From: Myxococcota bacterium
GTDB taxonomy: Bacteria; Myxococcota_A; UBA9160; UBA6930
DNA length: 64,000 nucleotides
Assembly: GCA_965223415.1 (NCBI GenBank)
Contig: OZ245002.1
Location: 2,432,001-2,496,000, forward strand
Reading direction: 5' to 3'
Numbering within the stretch: the first letter of the stretch is position 1; each line of letters opens with the position of its first letter. Below are positions 34,987 to 44,213 of the stretch, piece after piece. Both the position numbers and the translations under genes were made by a program. Under the pieces are notes generated by a model. The model was not told where the DNA came from. It worked only from the letters and a program-made list of their open reading frames with translations, and ran no database searches.

Positions 34987-35430
34987 CTAGGCGATGGCGA
35001 GGGTGGTGGGCTTCTGGCGGGGCGGAAGGTCGGCGGCCAGCTCGGCGAGGCTCACCCGGGTGAGCGTGCTCTGGATCGCCCGGTTGATCCGCAGCCACGG
35101 CGTCGAGAGGCCGCACTGGGATTCCTGGTCGCAGTGGCCGGGCCCGGCGGCGCACTCCATGAGGGCGATCGGCCCCTCGAGGGCCTCGATCACCTCGGCC
35201 ACGCTCACCGCCTCGGGCTGCCGGGCGAGCTGGTACCCGCCGCGCGACCCCCGCTGGGAATCGAGCAGGCTCGCGCTGGCCAGGGACTTCAGCATCTTGC
35301 TCACCGCCGGCAGTGGCAGCCCCGTGGCCTCCGCCATCTCCCGCGCCGTGAGCGTGGTGCCGTCCGCCTCCCGCGCGAAGTGCACGAGCAGCACGATCCC
35401 GTAGTCGGTGAGCTTGCTGATCCTGAGCAT
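34987..35430 (-). CDS. Rrf2-family SUF regulator
   Basis: MLRISKLTDYG, SQRGSRGGY, and three Cys in ALMEC..C....C. Confidence 0.92.
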   Translation of the reverse strand: MLRISKLTDYGIVLLVHFAREADGTTLTAREMAEATGLPLPAVSKMLKSLASASLLDSQRGSRGGYQLARQPEAVSVAEVIEALEGPIALMECAAGPGHCDQESQCGLSTPWLRINRAIQSTLTRVSLAELAADLPPRQKPTTLAIA

Positions 35431-35444
35431 GGAGGCCGCCGAAG

Positions 35445-35487
35445 ATATCGGACCAATTCAGTCCCGTAAATATCGGACCAACTCAGT
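35445..35487. promoter_or_regulatory. Tandem candidate Rrf2 operator overlapping the suf -10 box
   Basis: ATATCGGACCAATTCAGT (35445-35462) and ATATCGGACCAACTCAGT (35470-35487), 25-bp period; first copy is dyad GGAC-N7-GTCC. Confidence 0.7.
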
Positions 35488-35560
35488 ACAAATTGAGCTG
35501 TTGCGTAGGGGGCCGGTTCCGTCTGCTGCGTTCATCCCCGAGGGGCCCCGTAGGGGGCGG

Positions 35561-37621
35561 CTACATGTAGCCGAGGGCCTCGAGCTGGCGGCGGGTCTCG
35601 GCGTCGAGGGCGTCGGGGGCCGTGGGGTTGGCGTGGCCAGGCCCTGGGGAGGGAGTCGGGCCCGGGTGCCGCTCGAGCCAGGCGTCGAGCTCGCGACGCA
35701 GGGCGGCGGCGCGCTCCGGGTCGTCGCCGCTGCGGTCGTGGGCCTCGTCCGGGTCGGCGCGCAGATCGTAGAGGGCGGACGCCCCCCGGCGGACGACCAG
35801 CTTGTGGTCGCCGCGTCGCACGGCCCAGACCGGCGTGTCGAAGTCTCGGGGCCGCATGCCGCCGCCCGGGTCGATGCGGCTCAGCATCGAGAAGTCCGGG
35901 TAGACCTCGGCGAAGGTGGCCTCCCGCGCACGGCGCCGATCCGGCAGCAGGCTCCGGGAGGGACCGTCGCCGGGCTCGAGGCCGGCCCAATCGAGAAGAG
36001 TCGCGTGCAGGTCGAGGGTCTGGTGCGCCCCTGCCACCCGCGACCCGGCCTCGAACACACCGGGTGCCCGCACCAGGAACGGCACCCGGATCAGCGCATC
36101 GTTCAGGTCGAACTGGTGCCCCCAGCGCTCCGCCTCGCCCAGGTTGTCGCCGTGATCCGAGGTGACCACGAGCAGCACGTCGTCGAGGGCGACCCGCCGG
36201 CGGATCACCTCGAGGATGCGCCCCACCCGGCGGTCCTGATACCGCACACCGCTCCGATACAGCCCGCGCGTCGCCTCCACCCGCCACGGCTCCCGCGGCG
36301 GGTTCGAGTGCCAACGCACCGGATGGAAGCGGCGGATCGCGCGGATGCCCCGCAGCCATCCTCCCCAACCCTCCTCGGCGCGATCCCGCAGCGGTGCGAG
36401 GTAGGGGTTGTGCGCTTCGAACAGGTTCACGAACAGGAAGAAGGGGCGCTCCGGGTCCAGCCCGGCCATCCAGCTCGCGACCGCGGTCTCCGCCTCGGCC
36501 GCGCCCTGGTCGATCCACTGCTCCCAGCCGATCCCCGTGTAGCGCATCAGCCGCGACAGGATCAGCTTGTCCCGGCGCAGGTGGTTCACCTCCTCGAAGT
36601 GCTCGAAGCCCTGCACGATGTCGGTGACCCGCAGCCAGCTGTTCGAGGACACGACGGCGGTCTGGTAGCCCGCGGCTGCGAGACGCTCGGCGGTCGTCTC
36701 GAAGCCCGGCTCGAGGCGGCGCGCAGTTCCGTGCCGCACGCCGTGGGTTCGCGGATAGAGCCCGGTGAACATCGAAGCGTGCGACGGGGCGGTCCAGGGC
36801 GACGGGCTCACCATCTCCTCGAAGACCGCACCTTCCCCCGCCAGCGCGTCGAGCACCGGCGTCGTCCCCGGTGCGGCGCCGTAGGCACCCAGTGCGCCGG
36901 TGCGCGTGGTGTCGAGGAGCAGCACGACCACCGAGCCCGGCGCCGGATGCGGACTCGAGGGGGGCGGGGCCGCCGGCGCCGGCCAGGTCGCGAGCAGGGC
37001 CAGCACCAGGCCGATCAGCCCGTCCGGGGGCGCGTGGCCGGGGCGCCAACGGAGCAGGGCGGCGAGGAGCCCGAGGCCGACGGCCAGGATGGCGAAGGCC
37101 GGGCCGAAGTGGTCGTCACGCAGCCCGTGGGTGCCGGCGAGGAGCAGGCACGCCAGCACGCCGGCCCAGAGCCACGCCCCCGTCCGCGCCAGGGGCAGCG
37201 CCGCGAGCCGCCGCGGCCGCAGCTGGCGCGCGGCGGCGGCGACGATCACGAACACCAGCGGCGGTGCGACGACGCCCAGCCCGGTGACGGCGCCCAGGTA
37301 GCGGAGGTGCAGCGCCCCGCCCAGGAAGAACAGCACCCCAGCGGACAGGGTCGCCGCACACAGGGCGCTCGCCGCGGCGACGAGCCCCGTGCTCGTCGGC
37401 CGCGGGAGCACGTCCGTCCGCAGCCAGAGGAGACCGAGCACACCGCCGAGGAGGGCGCCGGCGAGGCCCATCAGCGCGACGGCCGCGATCGCCTCGTCCG
37501 GCGCCGGCGCGAAGCGCACGTGCGCCACGTCCGCGAGCTCGGCGAGTGCGAGCCCGAAGGCGCCGGCGCCGGCCGCGCCGATCGCCGCGTCTCGCGGATC
37601 GTCCTGGGTTCGCTCGCTCAC
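35561..37621 (-). CDS. Membrane-anchored sulfatase/alkaline-phosphatase-superfamily hydrolase or transferase
   Basis: Multi-TM N-terminus; LLDTTR, PWTAPSHASMFTG (Thr at the nucleophile position), HNPY, TSDHG and LYDLRADPDE. Confidence 0.85.
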   Translation of the reverse strand: MSERTQDDPRDAAIGAAGAGAFGLALAELADVAHVRFAPAPDEAIAAVALMGLAGALLGGVLGLLWLRTDVLPRPTSTGLVAAASALCAATLSAGVLFFLGGALHLRYLGAVTGLGVVAPPLVFVIVAAAARQLRPRRLAALPLARTGAWLWAGVLACLLLAGTHGLRDDHFGPAFAILAVGLGLLAALLRWRPGHAPPDGLIGLVLALLATWPAPAAPPPSSPHPAPGSVVVLLLDTTRTGALGAYGAAPGTTPVLDALAGEGAVFEEMVSPSPWTAPSHASMFTGLYPRTHGVRHGTARRLEPGFETTAERLAAAGYQTAVVSSNSWLRVTDIVQGFEHFEEVNHLRRDKLILSRLMRYTGIGWEQWIDQGAAEAETAVASWMAGLDPERPFFLFVNLFEAHNPYLAPLRDRAEEGWGGWLRGIRAIRRFHPVRWHSNPPREPWRVEATRGLYRSGVRYQDRRVGRILEVIRRRVALDDVLLVVTSDHGDNLGEAERWGHQFDLNDALIRVPFLVRAPGVFEAGSRVAGAHQTLDLHATLLDWAGLEPGDGPSRSLLPDRRRAREATFAEVYPDFSMLSRIDPGGGMRPRDFDTPVWAVRRGDHKLVVRRGASALYDLRADPDEAHDRSGDDPERAAALRRELDAWLERHPGPTPSPGPGHANPTAPDALDAETRRQLEALGYM

Positions 37622-38862
37622 GGCATCTCGATATCGGTGAAACGAGCCAGCGGCCACAGCGCGCCCTGCCCGTCGTGGTGCCAGCCCAGGGGCGGCGCCT
37701 GCATGCGGCCCAGGGGGGCGATGCGGGAAGGCGCCAGGGCGACGAGGGCCTCGACGAGCGCCGGCCCCTCGTCGGGGCCCGCCCCAAGCCCGACCGCCGC
37801 CAGGCGCGGCGCCAGGGGCCGGAGGGAGGCCACGAGCTTCACCGCGTCGCGCACCGGGTGCACGCGCAGGAAGCGGTGAAGGGGTGCGGGGCGGTGCTCC
37901 GCGTCGGCCTCGAGCACCAGGGCCCATCCCTCGCCTTCGCGGACGCGAACCTCACCGGCTGCGGCGGCCCGCAGCTCCGCGCCCTCCCATTCCTGGGAGA
38001 GATCGGCGGCGGCCCCGGGCGAGATCGCGCCCCGCGGCAGGCGGCCCGCGACCTCGGCGAAGGCCCGCGCGAGCTCGGCCTCTACCGCGTCGGGGATCCG
38101 CCCGTCCGGCGTCAGCACGAAGGCCGCGATCGGAGACAGGCAGCCGAGCTGGTCCCAGAGCGCGACGTCGAGGGCGAGCGCGTCGGCCGCGCGGGCCGTG
38201 TTCGCACCGGCACCGATCACGGCGACCGAGCAGCGGTGGCCGAAGCGCACGAAGCGCGTCGGTGCGGCGACCCGGAGGCCGATCTCGTCGAGGGCCGCGT
38301 CGGAGCCCGTGGCCGCGACGCACCCGGCCTCGAGGAAGGCGCTCCAGGCCTCCTCGTCGTTGCGGGGGAAGTCGGCGACGGCGAGGCACGCGCCCAGCTC
38401 CTCGTCGATCCCCGCCAGGGCTTCCCGGATGCAGGGCGCCGTCACCGGATCGTGTCGCCCGCTGCGGGCCAGCACCGGGGACTGCAGCGCGAGCGGTGCG
38501 ACCAGGGAGAGCACGCTCGGCATCGGCAGTGCGCCTCCGAGCACCACGGCGGTGGACCCGAAGCCCGTGGCGCGAACGGCGCCGCGCCCCGGAACCTCGT
38601 CCGCAACGAGCGAACGCAGCGCGTCCCCGCTCCAGGCGCCGAAGGCCAGCTCCAGGCCGGCCCGGGTGGTGGCCGGATGGAACCCGGTGGCGCCGGGCAG
38701 CCGCTCGCACAGCTCCTTGCGCAGCGGGGAGTCCGGGAGGGCCAGCTCGTCGATCAGCATCCCGAGCGGCTCGAGCACTCCCTCGCGGGGCCGCGCGGAG
38801 AGGCGCCCGCCGGCGTCGCGCAGCCTGCTCCAGGTGGCGCGCAGCTCAGTCGCCCGCGGCAC
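37618..38862 (-). CDS. LuxC-like acyl-CoA/acyl-protein reductase
   Basis: ALDH-like fold: VAATGSDAA, RFGHRCS, DVALWDQLGCLSP (catalytic Cys), LGRMQAPPLGWHHDG. Confidence 0.85.
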   Translation of the reverse strand: MPRATELRATWSRLRDAGGRLSARPREGVLEPLGMLIDELALPDSPLRKELCERLPGATGFHPATTRAGLELAFGAWSGDALRSLVADEVPGRGAVRATGFGSTAVVLGGALPMPSVLSLVAPLALQSPVLARSGRHDPVTAPCIREALAGIDEELGACLAVADFPRNDEEAWSAFLEAGCVAATGSDAALDEIGLRVAAPTRFVRFGHRCSVAVIGAGANTARAADALALDVALWDQLGCLSPIAAFVLTPDGRIPDAVEAELARAFAEVAGRLPRGAISPGAAADLSQEWEGAELRAAAAGEVRVREGEGWALVLEADAEHRPAPLHRFLRVHPVRDAVKLVASLRPLAPRLAAVGLGAGPDEGPALVEALVALAPSRIAPLGRMQAPPLGWHHDGQGALWPLARFTDIEMP

Positions 38863-39939
38863 CGAGCATCTCGTCCGCTGCGATGGAGCAGCCCCGCGCC
38901 TCGGCGCCCTCGGCGCGCCCGAGCACCTCGAAGCCGGCGCCCCGCGCCACCCCGAGGTCGGCGGTCTGGATCGCCAGGATGCTGCCCGTGTTCGCCAGAT
39001 CGACGATGCGGATGCGCCGACCTGGCCCGGCGGCAGCGCGGCGCCGCTCTCCGGATCGACGATCTGCACCCGCACCCAGGGCGGCACGCGCTTGCGGCGC
39101 GGCTCTTCGGGCCTCGCCAGCACCGTGTCGTAGAACTGGCTGGCGAGTTCGGTCATTCCGTACTGGTTGACGATCCGCTCGGAGGGGATGCCCAGGCGTG
39201 CCGCGATCCAGGCGTGGAGCGCGTCGCGATCCATGGCGCGGGCGCGTCCCTTGAAGCCGCCGGTCTCCATCACTCGTGTCCCCGCCGGCAGCTCGAGGAG
39301 GTGGCCGCGGGACTCCATCGCTTCGAGCAGGTGCACGAAGGCGAAGGCGGTGCCGCACAGGGCGACGGGGGCCGCCTCCTCCTCGCAAGCCGCGAGTGCG
39401 GACAGCAGCGCGTCGAGCTGCAGCTCGCCCTCGTGGACGAAGAACCCGCTGTCCGCGTCGCCGCGCCGATCCCGCATCACGCCGAACATATGGGAGAGGG
39501 ACGAGTCCGGCGCCTCCTCCGGCGAAGGCGCCAGCACGAGCATGCGCACGGCCGTATCCACGGGCAGGTCGGGGAGCACGCCCCGCTCGAAGCTCGGCAC
39601 GAGCGACGCCTCGTAGAGATCGAGCCGCTCCAGGTGGAGCTCGCCCCGCCGGGCGGTGGCGGTGCCGCTGGTGCGAAAGACCTTCCGGGTGCGCGTTTCC
39701 GGGAAGCAGGCCAGGCGCAGCTCCTTGAAGGCGCCGGTCGGCACCGCGGGGATCTCCGTCCAGTGCCGGACGGTCTCGGGCGTCCGCGTGCGTCCCTCGC
39801 AGAAGCGGCGATAGGGCTCGCAGCTCCGGAACTGGCGGGCGAAGAGCATCAGTGCCAGACGGGCGAAGCGGTCGTCGTCGCGCTCGCCGGGCGCCTCACG
39901 CATCCACGCCAGCAGCTCCTCTTCGGCCCGGCAGCTCAT
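38846..39939 (-). pseudogene. LuxE-like acyl-protein synthetase, frameshifted near 39015 as sequenced
   Basis: FRTSGT, METGGFKGR and NQYGMTELASQ in one frame; IVDLANTGS.AIQTADLG, GRAEGAEARGCS in the next frame. Confidence 0.85.
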
Positions 39940-41210
39940 GCCAGGAGCTCGACCAGAGCGTCGAGGCCCGCGGTCAGTGCCGCGCGGCCGATCGTGAGGG
40001 GCGGGGTGATCGAGAGCACTTCGCCGCGATCGCCGGAGGGCAGCAGGATGAACCCTCGCTCCAGCGCTTCGGCGCACACCTTCGCCGCCCGCGCCGGCTC
40101 GCTGCACTCGACGCCGATCATCAGGCCGAGACCGCGGCACTCGTGCACCGCGGGGAGCCCGGCGCAGCCGGCCCGCAGGCGGGCGAGGGCGAAGGCGCCG
40201 AGCTCGGCGGAGCGCTCGGCCAGCTTCTCCTCCTCGAGCACGGCGATCGAGGCCAGCGCCGCGGCGCATCCCGGAGGATGCCCCAGGAAGGTCTGGGTGT
40301 GGAGCGCCTCACCGCGGGAGACGGGCCAGTGGTCCATCACCTCCGCTCGCCCGACGCAGGCGGAGATCGGCATGCCGGAAGCCAGGCCCTTGGCCACGCA
40401 CAGCAGGTCCGGCACCACCCCCTCGTGGTCGCAGGCGAAGGTCCGCCCGGTGCGGCCGAAGCCGGTGTAGACCTCGTCGGCGATCAGGAGCCAGCCGCGC
40501 TCGTCGCAGAGCCGGCGCAGCCCGGCGAGGAAGCCGGCGGGCGGCACGCGCTCGCCGCCGCGTCCCTGGACCGGCTCCACCAGCACGGCGCCGACCTCGT
40601 GCTCGGCGGCGTCGGCGCAGCGCAGGGCGTCCGCGGCGTCGCCGTAGCGGGCGAAGGCGACGCGCCCGGGCAGGAGCGGCGCGAAGGGCTGGCGGAAGTC
40701 CTCGCGCCAGGTGGCGTCGAGGGAGCCCAGGGCGAGGCCGTGGTAGCCGCCTCGGAAGGCCACCACGCCGGGCCGGCCGGTGGCGAGCAGCGCGGTCTCG
40801 AGGGCGATCTCCACCACGTCCGAGCCGGACGTGCCGAGCACCGCCTTGGCGGGGCCGCCGCCGGGAAAGCGCGCGGCGAGGGCTTCCAGGAGCTCGACCT
40901 TCACCGCGGCCGGCTGGACGTCGCCCATGGCGTGCATCAGCTGCTCGGCCTGGCCGGCCACGGCACTCGCCACGCGCGGATGGGCGTGGCCGGCGTTCGC
41001 GACGCCGAAGCCGCCGCCGAGATCGACGAAGCGGTTTCCGTCCACGTCCCAGACGCTCGCCCCCCGGGCCCGCTCCCAGAAGATCGGCGCGCTGGGCTCG
41101 AGACAGGTCACGTTGCGGCTCTCGACCCGCGCCAGGCGCTCCGCCAGGGCCCGGGAGCGCGGCCCGGGAACCTCCGTGCGCAGGGCCGGCAGCGGGGTCT
41201 CGTCCAGCAT
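39936..41210 (-). CDS. Class III PLP aminotransferase (GABA-T/ornithine-AT-like)
   Basis: WDVDGNRFVD, GGYHG, EPVQGRGG, LIADEVYTGFGRTG and AKGL. Confidence 0.92.
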   Translation of the reverse strand: MLDETPLPALRTEVPGPRSRALAERLARVESRNVTCLEPSAPIFWERARGASVWDVDGNRFVDLGGGFGVANAGHAHPRVASAVAGQAEQLMHAMGDVQPAAVKVELLEALAARFPGGGPAKAVLGTSGSDVVEIALETALLATGRPGVVAFRGGYHGLALGSLDATWREDFRQPFAPLLPGRVAFARYGDAADALRCADAAEHEVGAVLVEPVQGRGGERVPPAGFLAGLRRLCDERGWLLIADEVYTGFGRTGRTFACDHEGVVPDLLCVAKGLASGMPISACVGRAEVMDHWPVSRGEALHTQTFLGHPPGCAAALASIAVLEEEKLAERSAELGAFALARLRAGCAGLPAVHECRGLGLMIGVECSEPARAAKVCAEALERGFILLPSGDRGEVLSITPPLTIGRAALTAGLDALVELLA

Positions 41211-41233
41211 GGGCGGATACTCTAGGAGCCCTC

Positions 41234-41749
41234 GTGGCGCGCGTCTTCATCGGCATGGGTTCGAACCTCGGCGATCGGGAGGCCCGGCTCGCCCAGGCCC
41301 TGGTGGCGCTTCGCGGCCTTCCCGAGACCACGGTCGCGGCCGTCTCGTCGCTCTACGAGACGGCCCCGGTGGGCGGGCCGCCCCAGGGCCCCTATCTGAA
41401 TGCCGTCGCGGAGCTCGAGTGCGCGCTGGCTCCCCTCGCGCTGCTCGAGGCGCTGCTGGCCATCGAGGCGGCGGCGGGGCGGGTGCGGGACGGGGAGCGG
41501 GACGGCCCCCGCACCCTGGACCTGGACCTGCTCCTGGTCGACGCACGGGTGATCGAGAGCGAGGTGCTGACGGTTCCCCATCCGCGTCTCCATCTCCGTG
41601 CCTTCGTGCTCGAGCCCCTGGCCGAGCTGGCGCCGGACCTCCTGCACCCGCGCCTCGGCGCTACCCTGGGAGAGCTGGCGCGGCGCGTGCGCGATTCCGA
41701 CGCGGTCCGCGCGATCCATGGGGGAGCGGCATGGCCATCGTCGCGGTGA
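41234..41749 (+). CDS. folK: 2-amino-4-hydroxy-6-hydroxymethyldihydropteridine diphosphokinase
   Basis: GMGSNLGDR, YLNAV, GPRTLDLDLL and PHPR..RAFVL.PL. Confidence 0.95.
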   Translation: MARVFIGMGSNLGDREARLAQALVALRGLPETTVAAVSSLYETAPVGGPPQGPYLNAVAELECALAPLALLEALLAIEAAAGRVRDGERDGPRTLDLDLLLVDARVIESEVLTVPHPRLHLRAFVLEPLAELAPDLLHPRLGATLGELARRVRDSDAVRAIHGGAAWPSSR

Positions 41750-42033
41750 GCATCGCGCCCACGGGCGAGGGCACGAGCGTCGGCGCCCACGTCGCCGAAG
41801 CCCTGGGCGTCCTCGAGGCGCAAGACGAAGTGAAGTGGGAGCTCGGTCCCATGTTCACCACCCTCGAAGGCGACCTCGACGCGATCCTCGCCCTCGTCCG
41901 TCGGATGCAGGAAGCCGTCTTCGCCCGCGGTGCCGTTCGCGTGGGCACCGTCCTCAAGATCGACGACCGCCGCGACAAGCCCGCCACCATGCAATCCAAG
42001 CTGGACTCGGCGCAACAGCGGGGACGTTCCTGA
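41731..42033 (+). CDS. MTH1187/thiamine-binding family protein
   Basis: SIAP.G..TSV, GPMFTTLEG and LKIDDRRDK. Confidence 0.88.
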   Translation: MAIVAVSIAPTGEGTSVGAHVAEALGVLEAQDEVKWELGPMFTTLEGDLDAILALVRRMQEAVFARGAVRVGTVLKIDDRRDKPATMQSKLDSAQQRGRS

Positions 42034-42053
42034 ACGCAGCACCCGTGCTGCGT

Positions 42054-43106
42054 TCAGAGCCATTCGACCCAGGTGCCGTGGAAGTGGACGCGGGCGAGGA
42101 GCCGCTCGCTGGCACCGGGCCAGGTGCGCAGGCGGAGCTCGCAGAACTCGGTGCCGGGGGGCTCCATGCGCAGCCAGCCGAAAGGAGCGCGGGTGGTGGC
42201 GCGGGAGCCTGCGGCCTCGATGCAGGCCGTGACGGCCGATCGCTCGGCTTCGGGCAGGTACCACCACATCACGCTGTGGAAGAGCAAGGTGGCCCGATCC
42301 GGCGCCGGCTTCGCGAGCTGCTCCGCGAGCCAGGCCTCGGCACGGGCCTGCTCGACCCGGGGCGGATCCGGCGCGACCGCTTCGAGGCCGCGACGCAGGC
42401 GCTCCAGCCGCTCGTCCTGGTCCGGCCAGACGAAGGAGAGCAGGCGCAGGCGCCGGTCCGGGTCGCGTAGGTCGATCGGCGCGAGGTCGCAGCCCACCCG
42501 CTCCGCGATCCGATATCCCGGGGACGGCGGCGCGGGCTCACCCCGCCACTCGGGCGCGAGGCGGAGCGGTGATTCCTCCGGCCCCATGGCGGTGCCACCC
42601 AGCTCGATGCGGTAGCGATCCATGCACAGGTTGAGCCCGGCACTCGAGCCGATCTCGAGCAGACGCAGGGGCTGGGCGTGCGCCGCAGCGAAGACGAGCA
42701 GGCCGGGAAGCAGGCCGCAGCGGCGCTGGACCTCGTTCGTCTGGATGCACTCCGTGAGGAGCGGCCGGATCTCCCCAGCGCGCTCCTCTGCCAGGCGCTG
42801 CGCCACCGCCCAGGCCGCTTCCGCATCGAAGCGGCCCCCCGTCGAGGGCAGCAGCTCCGCCAGCTCCGGCGCCCGCCCCGCGAGGGCCAGGTAGTGCAGG
42901 GCCCCGGCCCAACGCAGCGGGAGGTTGTCCAGGAAGGGCTGCCCCTCCCAACCCTCCACGAGGCGCGCGACCGGCCCGCCGGCGAGCAGGTTCCGCCACG
43001 AGCGCTCCAGGAGCTCCCCGTAGAGAGGCGAGCCCAGCTCGCGACAGATGGCCGCCTGCCCCTGGAAGACCTCCGCGATCTCCGCGGTCCGCCTGTCCTC
43101 TGCCAC
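42054..43106 (-). CDS. DUF2332-family protein
   Basis: CRELGSPLY, QTNEV.R, EIGSSAGLNL, VWPDQ.ER and HFHGTW. Confidence 0.85.
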   Translation of the reverse strand: MAEDRRTAEIAEVFQGQAAICRELGSPLYGELLERSWRNLLAGGPVARLVEGWEGQPFLDNLPLRWAGALHYLALAGRAPELAELLPSTGGRFDAEAAWAVAQRLAEERAGEIRPLLTECIQTNEVQRRCGLLPGLLVFAAAHAQPLRLLEIGSSAGLNLCMDRYRIELGGTAMGPEESPLRLAPEWRGEPAPPSPGYRIAERVGCDLAPIDLRDPDRRLRLLSFVWPDQDERLERLRRGLEAVAPDPPRVEQARAEAWLAEQLAKPAPDRATLLFHSVMWWYLPEAERSAVTACIEAAGSRATTRAPFGWLRMEPPGTEFCELRLRTWPGASERLLARVHFHGTWVEWL

Positions 43107-43124
43107 GGCGGTACACTACCCCGG

Positions 43125-43508
43125 ATGAGCAACCACACCGACGTGATCCGCCGCTTCGTCGAGAGCTGGGCCCAGTGCGACGTCTCCGCACTGATGGTCT
43201 TCTTCGCCGACGACTGCGTGTATCACAACATCCCGGTCGAGCCGGTGACCGGCACCGAGGCCGTCCGCAAGACCATCGAGGGCTTCGCCGGCATGGCCGA
43301 GGAGATCGACTGGCAGCTGCACGCGATCGCCGAGGACGCATCCGGCACCGTGCTCACCGAACGCCTCGACCGCTTCAAGATCGCCGGGAGCTGGGTCGAG
43401 CTCCCGGTCATGGGCACCTTCGAGCTGCGCGACGGCAAGATCACCGCCTGGCGGGACTACTTCGACATGAGCCAGTTTACGTCGCAGCTGCCCGGCGCCG
43501 GCTCCTAG
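43125..43508 (+). CDS. Limonene-1,2-epoxide hydrolase family protein
   Basis: YHNIP, VLTERLD, LPVMGTFE and WRDYFD. Confidence 0.88.
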   Translation: MSNHTDVIRRFVESWAQCDVSALMVFFADDCVYHNIPVEPVTGTEAVRKTIEGFAGMAEEIDWQLHAIAEDASGTVLTERLDRFKIAGSWVELPVMGTFELRDGKITAWRDYFDMSQFTSQLPGAGS

Positions 43509-43514
43509 CGCGGG

Positions 43515-44213
43515 TCAGCTTGCCAACGGCAGGCGGACGATCAGCGCCCAGCTCTGGGGGTCGGTGCGCGCTACGTGCCAGCTTCCGCCCCGGGCCGCGA
43601 CCTGCTCGCGCAGTGCACCGACCAGGGCCGCGTCCCGTGCCGTCTCGGTGTGCCGCGGATCCTCGAGAGTGGCCACCGCCTCGTCGGACATCTCGTCCGC
43701 CGTGGCGACGAGCCGAAGCGCGGGGAGTTCGGCGGGCCCGCCCGCCTCCACGTTCAGGCAGAGCGAGCCGGCCCCGCGGCCTTGATCGGCGGCGAAGACC
43801 ACCAGGCCCGTCACCAGCAGCTCCAGCTCCTGCTCCGGCACCGCGACCAGCACGAGATCGTCCGGCGCCTCCACCGCCAGGTGGTTTCGGCTGCCGATGG
43901 CCTCCCGCAGCCAGCGCTCGCGATCGCGGACGGCGCGAACCAGGTCGGCTTCGGCTCGGGTGTCCACCCGGGTCTCGCCGTAGGTCAGCAGCGCCTGACT
44001 CAGGCGCGCACACCGGTCGAGCGCCACCAGGATGGCCTGGCTCGCCTCGGCGATCGCCGGATCCTCCTTGTGGTCGTCGTAGAGGAAGCCCGCCTCGCCG
44101 ATGGCCGCGGTCAGCGCGTTGTTCATCGCATGGGCCGTGCCCGCGGCCAGCCGCCGACCGACGGCCAGCCGCGCGATCTCGGCGCTCGTCATGCGGGAAG
44201 CCTCGTCTGCCAT
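43515..44213 (-). CDS. Histidine-kinase-like protein with H-box but degenerate ATPase domain (start uncertain)
   Basis: GRRLAAGTAHAMNNAL H-box; N, G1 and G2 boxes not recognisable; ends GGSWHV..LIVRLP. Confidence 0.65.
   Translation of the reverse strand: MADEASRMTSAEIARLAVGRRLAAGTAHAMNNALTAAIGEAGFLYDDHKEDPAIAEASQAILVALDRCARLSQALLTYGETRVDTRAEADLVRAVRDRERWLREAIGSRNHLAVEAPDDLVLVAVPEQELELLVTGLVVFAADQGRGAGSLCLNVEAGGPAELPALRLVATADEMSDEAVATLEDPRHTETARDAALVGALREQVAARGGSWHVARTDPQSWALIVRLPLAS

Noticed and set aside
37546..40470. Very long antisense or alternate-frame ORFs (for example 974, 942, 865 and 845 aa)
   Set aside because: These are shadows of real genes in high-GC DNA, with Arg/Pro/Gly-rich translations and no motifs.
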